Shown here: piece by piece, positions 57,884 to 64,000 of the stretch | How the letters are laid out: each line of letters opens with the position of its first letter | Position numbering within the stretch: the first letter of the stretch is position 1 | From: Nocardioidaceae bacterium | GTDB taxonomy: Bacteria > Actinomycetota > Actinomycetes > Propionibacteriales > Nocardioidaceae | Length of the DNA: 64,000 nucleotides | Assembly (NCBI GenBank): GCA_035461195.1 | Contig: DATHVS010000037.1 | Coordinates: 70-64,069 of the forward strand | Direction: 5' to 3' | Made by a program: the position numbers and the translations under genes | Notes under the pieces: generated by a model | The model's database searches: none | What the model was told of the DNA's origin: nothing | What the model saw: only the letters and a program-made list of their open reading frames with translations

Positions 57884-58867
57884 ATGAACGAGGCGATCTT
57901 TACCGAGAACCTGGTCAAGAGGTTCGGTGAGACCACCGCACTCGCCGGCGTCGACCTGTCCGTGCCGGCGGGCACCGTCCTCGGGGTCCTCGGCCCCAAC
58001 GGGGCGGGCAAGACGACCGCGGTCCGGGTGCTGGCAACGTTGATCCGGCCTGACGAGGGCCGCGCCGTCGTCGGAGGGTACGACGTTGTCCACGACGCCC
58101 ACCGGGTCCGCCGGCTGATCGGGATGACGGGCCAGTACGCCTCCGTGGACGAGAACCTCACCGGCTTCGAGAACCTGCTGCTGATCGGTCGCCTGCTGGG
58201 ACAGCCGCGAGCCGAGGCGAAGCAGCACTCGCGCGAGCTGTTGAGGAGGTTCGGCCTTGAGGAGGCGGGCAACCGGGCCACGAAGACGTACTCCGGCGGC
58301 ATGCGACGTCGGCTCGACATCGCCGCCAGTCTCGTGGGCCGTCCGCAGATGCTCTACCTCGACGAGCCCACGACCGGTCTGGACCCCCGCGCCCGCGTGG
58401 AGCTGTGGACGCTCGTCCGTGGGCTCGTCGCCGACGGCGTGACCGTGCTGCTGACCACCCAGTACCTCGAGGAGGCTGACACGCTCGCCGACCACATCGC
58501 GGTCATCGACCACGGGCGCGTCATCGCGAAGGGCACGCCGGAGGAGCTCAAGACGAAGACCGTCGGCCAGTCGCTGGCGGTACGCCCCGAGAACCGGGAG
58601 GACATCCCCACCGTCCTCTCCGTCGTGCAGGAGCTGGTGGGGAGCGAGGCCCTCGTGGAGGACCGGACCGTGACAGCACCGGTGGCCGACCCGGGCGTGC
58701 TGCCGGCCGCCGTACGACGACTCGACGACGCCGGGGTGGCGATCGCCGAGCTCACCTTGCGCCACGCAAGCTTGAACGAGGTCTTCCTGTCGCTGACCGG
58801 GCACCCGGCCGAGGAGGACCAGGCGGAGAGCGGCCGGTCTGAGGAGCGGGAAGGAGCAAGGACATGA
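57884..58867 (+). CDS. DrrA-like ABC exporter ATP-binding subunit
   Basis: GPNGAGKTT, YSGGMRRR, LDEPTTGLDP, TTQYLEEAD. Confidence 0.93.
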   Translation: MNEAIFTENLVKRFGETTALAGVDLSVPAGTVLGVLGPNGAGKTTAVRVLATLIRPDEGRAVVGGYDVVHDAHRVRRLIGMTGQYASVDENLTGFENLLLIGRLLGQPRAEAKQHSRELLRRFGLEEAGNRATKTYSGGMRRRLDIAASLVGRPQMLYLDEPTTGLDPRARVELWTLVRGLVADGVTVLLTTQYLEEADTLADHIAVIDHGRVIAKGTPEELKTKTVGQSLAVRPENREDIPTVLSVVQELVGSEALVEDRTVTAPVADPGVLPAAVRRLDDAGVAIAELTLRHASLNEVFLSLTGHPAEEDQAESGRSEEREGART

Positions 58868-59688
58868 ACGCGGTATCCGTGAGCACGACCACCGCGCCGG
58901 TCCCGGTCGAGGAGAGCGCACACCCCGGGCTCGTCGAGGGGCTCCGACAGACAGCGACGCTGGCCTGGCGCACGCTCGTGCAGATCAGGCACAACCCCTG
59001 GGAGCTGGGCGACTTCAGCTTCCAGCCGATCATGTTCGTGCTGCTGTTCACCTACGTCTTCGGTGGCGCGATCGCCGGATCGACAGGTGAGTACCTGACC
59101 TTCGCCCTGCCGGGCATCATCGTGATGAACATGCTCTTCGTGACCATGTACGTCGGCATGGGACTGAACACCGACCTGACCAAAGGTGTCTTCGACCGAC
59201 TCCGCTCCCTGCCGCTGGCGCGGTGGGCTCCGATGGCCGGCCGGATCACCGCCGACCTGGTCAAGCAGGCCTGGTCGATCGTCCTGCTGCTCGGCGTGGG
59301 CGCCATCCTCGGGTTCAGGATCGGCACGTCATGGCTCTCGCTGCTCGCTGCAGTCGCGCTCATCCTGGTGTTCGCGCTGGCGTTCTCGTGGCTCTCGGTG
59401 CTGGTGGGCACCGTCGCGAAGGACCCCGAGCAGGTGCAGATCTTCGGGTTCACAGCGCTGTTCCCGATTACCTTCGTGTCCAACGTCTTCGTCCCGGTCG
59501 AGACGATGCCCGACTGGCTCCAGGTCATCGTCGAGGCCAACCCGGTGACGATCCTCGCCGACGCCACCCGCGGCCTGATGGTGGGCGGCCCCGTCGCCGA
59601 GCCGGTGGTCGGCTCGCTGATCTGGGCAGCCGCGATCGTCGCCGTATTCGCCCCGCTGTCGATGTGGGCGTTCAGACGGCGCGTGTAG
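58864..59688 (+). CDS. DrrB-like ABC-2 permease
   Basis: ATGA overlap; GVFDRLRSLP, SNVFVP...MPDW, NPVT. Confidence 0.92.
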   Translation: MNAVSVSTTTAPVPVEESAHPGLVEGLRQTATLAWRTLVQIRHNPWELGDFSFQPIMFVLLFTYVFGGAIAGSTGEYLTFALPGIIVMNMLFVTMYVGMGLNTDLTKGVFDRLRSLPLARWAPMAGRITADLVKQAWSIVLLLGVGAILGFRIGTSWLSLLAAVALILVFALAFSWLSVLVGTVAKDPEQVQIFGFTALFPITFVSNVFVPVETMPDWLQVIVEANPVTILADATRGLMVGGPVAEPVVGSLIWAAAIVAVFAPLSMWAFRRRV

Positions 59689-59714
59689 CGGTGAGCAGAC
59701 GGCAGCGGAAACAC

Positions 59715-59750
59715 AAAACCCCAGGTCACGGGGGATGAACCTGGGGTTTT
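59715..59750. terminator. Bidirectional intrinsic terminator between ABC permease and tRNA
   Basis: AAAACCCCAGGT...ACCTGGGGTTTT 12-bp stem with A/T tails. Confidence 0.85.
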
Positions 59751-59757
59751 GCGTGAG

Positions 59758-59830
59758 CGCGCTCGGAGGGATTCGAACCCCCAACCTTTTGATCCGTAGT
59801 CAAATGCTCTATCCGTTGAGCTACGAGCGC
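59758..59830 (-). tRNA. tRNA-Arg (anticodon ACG), CCA not encoded
   Basis: GCGCTCG/CGAGCGC acceptor, GCTC/GAGC D-stem, TTTGA-CTACGGA-TCAAA anticodon arm, GGTTCGAATC T-loop; 73 nt. Confidence 0.97.
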
Positions 59831-59930
59831 GTGCCGTTGGGCGTGTGAACTCTAGCGCGAGTGGCCGCACGACGAAAATCGAGGGGTCTCGGTGTGACCC
59901 ACCCCGCACTCGGCGGGCAACGCTCCCGAC

Positions 59931-60484
59931 TCAGCGATCGAGGACCGACCGGACGGCGTCACGCGTGCGGTCGATCACCGAGGCGAGCGGACCGGCGGCG
60001 AAGTTCGCGGTCGCCGACTCGACACCGGGGTGAGGATGCGTGGGTGCGATCGCCTCCGCAGCACGTACGGCGTCCGCCATGACGGCTCGGGTCTTCTCGT
60101 CGGTCTCCGCCTCGAGGATCGGGAACTCCTCCCTCTCCTCGCTCTCGGCGTGCTCGAGTACGGCGCTGCGCAGCTGCGCCAGGGTGGGCGTGAAGTCGGC
60201 GTCACTGGTCTTCATCTCGTCCAGCCTGCTGAGGACCTCCTTGGCCGAGTGCTCCTCCTTCAGGCGGGCGTCGACGACGTCGTTGCCGCCCTCACCGAGC
60301 CGCGCCCGCGGGTGCACGACCATCTCCTCCGCGGCTCGTGGACGGCGAGGAACCGACGCAGCTCCGCGAAACGCCGCTGACGGTCCTCGCCATGGGCCTG
60401 CTCGACTGCGTCGAACATGGTCCTGATCCGCTGGTGCTGGTCCTTCAGCAGACCGACGACGTCGTTGGTCTTCTCGTTGCTCAT
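59931..60484 (-). pseudogene. Hemerythrin/HHE cation-binding protein with a single-base frameshift
   Basis: DQH..LAVHE|AEEMVVHP joined by restoring one base at ~60335 (CAC GAG [A]CC GCG GAG GAG ATG); EEH and EHAESEE motifs downstream. Confidence 0.8.
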
Positions 60485-60526
60485 GACCGGGCGCTACCCA
60501 GAGGTCGGCAGCTCGACACGGGTTGT

Positions 60527-61981
60527 CTACGGCCAGTCACTGCCGAGCCCCCCTCGCGTCCCGGCAACCGCAGAGGCAGTACGTCGACCAGGGCGACCGT
60601 GCGTGGCCACGCGACGGAGACTGTCCGGGGTGAAGAGCGCAGCGGCGGGCGCGTCGAGACCGGTCACGTCGAAGAAGCGCCACGCCATGACCGGGTCCTC
60701 CTCAGCGGCTGTCATGACCCTGTCGATGTAGGAGTTCACCGCCCGGAACGGCAGCGGCCTCGGACCGGGCACGATCTCCGGCGGCATGGCGAGATCGCCA
60801 CCGGTGGCGAAGCGCCAGGCCTCACCGATCGGCTTCGCCACCGACTTGAAGAACCTGGCGGCAACGTCGTCCTCGCCCTGGCGCAGGACCGCCCCCATGG
60901 CGAGCGCCTCGATCCCGGCAACAGTCATGCCTTGCCCGTAGATGGGGTTAAAGCTGCAGAGCGCATCGCCCGTCGCCAGGAGCCCCTGCGGGAAACGGTC
61001 GAGCTTGTCGAAGCGTCGTCGGATATTCGCACTGAAGCGATGCTGGTGCAGGTCCCCGACCGGTTCGGCGGTCCGCAAGGCCACGGCGTACTCCCGTGGC
61101 AGGAACTGCTCACCGAACTCCAGCCAGGCTTCGCGCTGCATCGGGGGATGGTGCCCGGCGTAACCGGCCATGGTCACGACCCAGGTCCCGCTCTCCCGGG
61201 CGCAGGCCCCGAGTCCCGTCGGCCGCTCCGGCGTCGGCCCCACCTCCAGGGCGGTCACCGGACCCATGCTTCCTTCGGGGAACCTGACCTGCTGCGTGAC
61301 GTACTTGAGGTCGATCGGGAGGACCTCCTCCGGCGGTGGGGCGTAGCCCATCGCACGAAGCCAGGCACTGGTTCTCGAGCTGCGGCCGGTCGCCACCACC
61401 ACGAGGTCCGCCGGAAGCCCCCGCTGCACGGCCGACGCGTCACGGGAGGCGATCCGTGCCCCGGTGACCCGGGTAAGCCGTTCGTCGGTCATGAGTCCGG
61501 CGACCTCCCAGCCGTCGAGCACCTCGACATTCGGCAGGCTCCGGAAGCGTCGCAGGACCTTGCTCTCGAGGAAGGGCCTGCTCGGCGCGCACAGGGCGAC
61601 CTGGTCGACGCTGCGCCGAGCACCCTCGGCCTCCGCCGAGTGGAAGAACGTGTGCCCGTTGACCTTGAAGTAGACGGAGCCGAGATCGCGCGAGAACGGG
61701 ACCCCCGCCTCGCTCAGCTCGGCCAGGAGCCCCGGGAAGAGGTCCTCCATCAGTCGGCCCCCGCGCGGCAGGAGCAGGTGCACGTGGGAGGCTTGGGGCA
61801 CGCCACGGCGCGGCCTCGCCTCGTCGGGCAGGAGGTCGCGCTCCACCACGGTGATGCGCTCGAAGTGGTCGGCGAGGACTCGAGCTGCCAGCAGACCGCC
61901 CATGCCCGCACCCAGAACCACAGCGTGGGCGCCGAGCGTGCGGTGTTCGTCAAGCGATCCGCGTTGAAGCGGCAGGTGCAT
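60527..61981 (-). CDS. FAD-dependent oxidoreductase/monooxygenase
   Basis: VVLGAGMGGLLAARVL, RRGVPQ..H.H.LL, ATGR.S, GDALCSFNPIYGQGMT. Confidence 0.88.
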   Translation of the reverse strand: MHLPLQRGSLDEHRTLGAHAVVLGAGMGGLLAARVLADHFERITVVERDLLPDEARPRRGVPQASHVHLLLPRGGRLMEDLFPGLLAELSEAGVPFSRDLGSVYFKVNGHTFFHSAEAEGARRSVDQVALCAPSRPFLESKVLRRFRSLPNVEVLDGWEVAGLMTDERLTRVTGARIASRDASAVQRGLPADLVVVATGRSSRTSAWLRAMGYAPPPEEVLPIDLKYVTQQVRFPEGSMGPVTALEVGPTPERPTGLGACARESGTWVVTMAGYAGHHPPMQREAWLEFGEQFLPREYAVALRTAEPVGDLHQHRFSANIRRRFDKLDRFPQGLLATGDALCSFNPIYGQGMTVAGIEALAMGAVLRQGEDDVAARFFKSVAKPIGEAWRFATGGDLAMPPEIVPGPRPLPFRAVNSYIDRVMTAAEEDPVMAWRFFDVTGLDAPAAALFTPDSLRRVATHGRPGRRTASAVAGTRGGLGSDWP

Positions 61982-62152
61982 GACCCCTCCCGGAAGGGGC
62001 GGATCGTCGCCGGTGCGGGGACGCGGGCGCGTCGACGTACCCCGGTCAGACCAGTGGAACACCGGGACGGGCCAGGCGGCATGACCCGTTCGAGCTAGTG
62101 CCGAAGGTGGTTCGCGTAGCCATTGATCGATCCAATAGCCGCCCGCAGAGCA

Positions 62153-62168
62153 TGTGAGTACATTCACT
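62153..62168. promoter_or_regulatory. CRP/GlxR-type binding site TGTGA-GTACAT-TCACT
   Basis: 9/10 match to TGTGA-N6-TCACA in the divergent region upstream of pckG. Confidence 0.7.
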
Positions 62169-62338
62169 AGCACCCCTGCTGCGCCGAACAGCCGCTCGGC
62201 GTACGTTGAAGCACCACGAAGATCGCTGCAACGACGCGGCGACTCACCAGACAAGAACTCCACGACAGACCATCGATACGCTCGATGGCCGGTATCTGCA
62301 TTCCCGCATACCGGACGCGCGAGAGGGAACGGTAGGCC

Positions 62339-64000
<1,662 letters not shown>

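Noticed and set aside
59690-59830. tRNA-Arg as integration site of a genomic island
   Set aside because: No integrase and no duplicated tRNA 3' fragment spotted in the window; cannot be excluded outside it

Overview
High-GC actinobacterial chromosome segment; gene content, leaderless TANNNT-N6-ATG starts and regulator boxes suggest Nocardioides-like Propionibacteriales (inference). About 60 CDS, one tRNA-Arg(ACG), two frameshifted genes; no CRISPR, IS or integrase recognised. 0.2-8.4 kb is mostly housekeeping (dksA-like, menB, GST, MOSC, thpR). 8.5-21.2 kb is the most interesting block, an apparent sulfane-sulfur locus: MshC/CysRS-like ligase paralog, a composite MetOD1-like/RsbW-like protein, ArsR regulator, DUF202 pair, rhodanese-persulfide dioxygenase, DsrE, TusA, fused 4Fe-4S/NrfD subunit, a Tat-less Mo-bisPGD enzyme, Mrp and a GNAT-AAA fusion. 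It runs co-directionally into a copper cluster (multicopper oxidase, DUF305, csoR-copZ-copA). Then: a KstR-boxed Rv3519-like gene, VKOR, an orphan hybrid kinase, an RPH/PPDK-like phosphotransferase divergent from a pseudo-PAP2-PhoD fusion, an AfsR-like regulator followed by a 68-aa protein with 11-bp-period repeats (AfsR/AfsS-like), ahpC-ahpF, ppk2, MFS/MMPL/ABC transporters and two GTP-dependent PEP carboxykinase paralogs. All family calls come from motif recognition by eye, not database searches.
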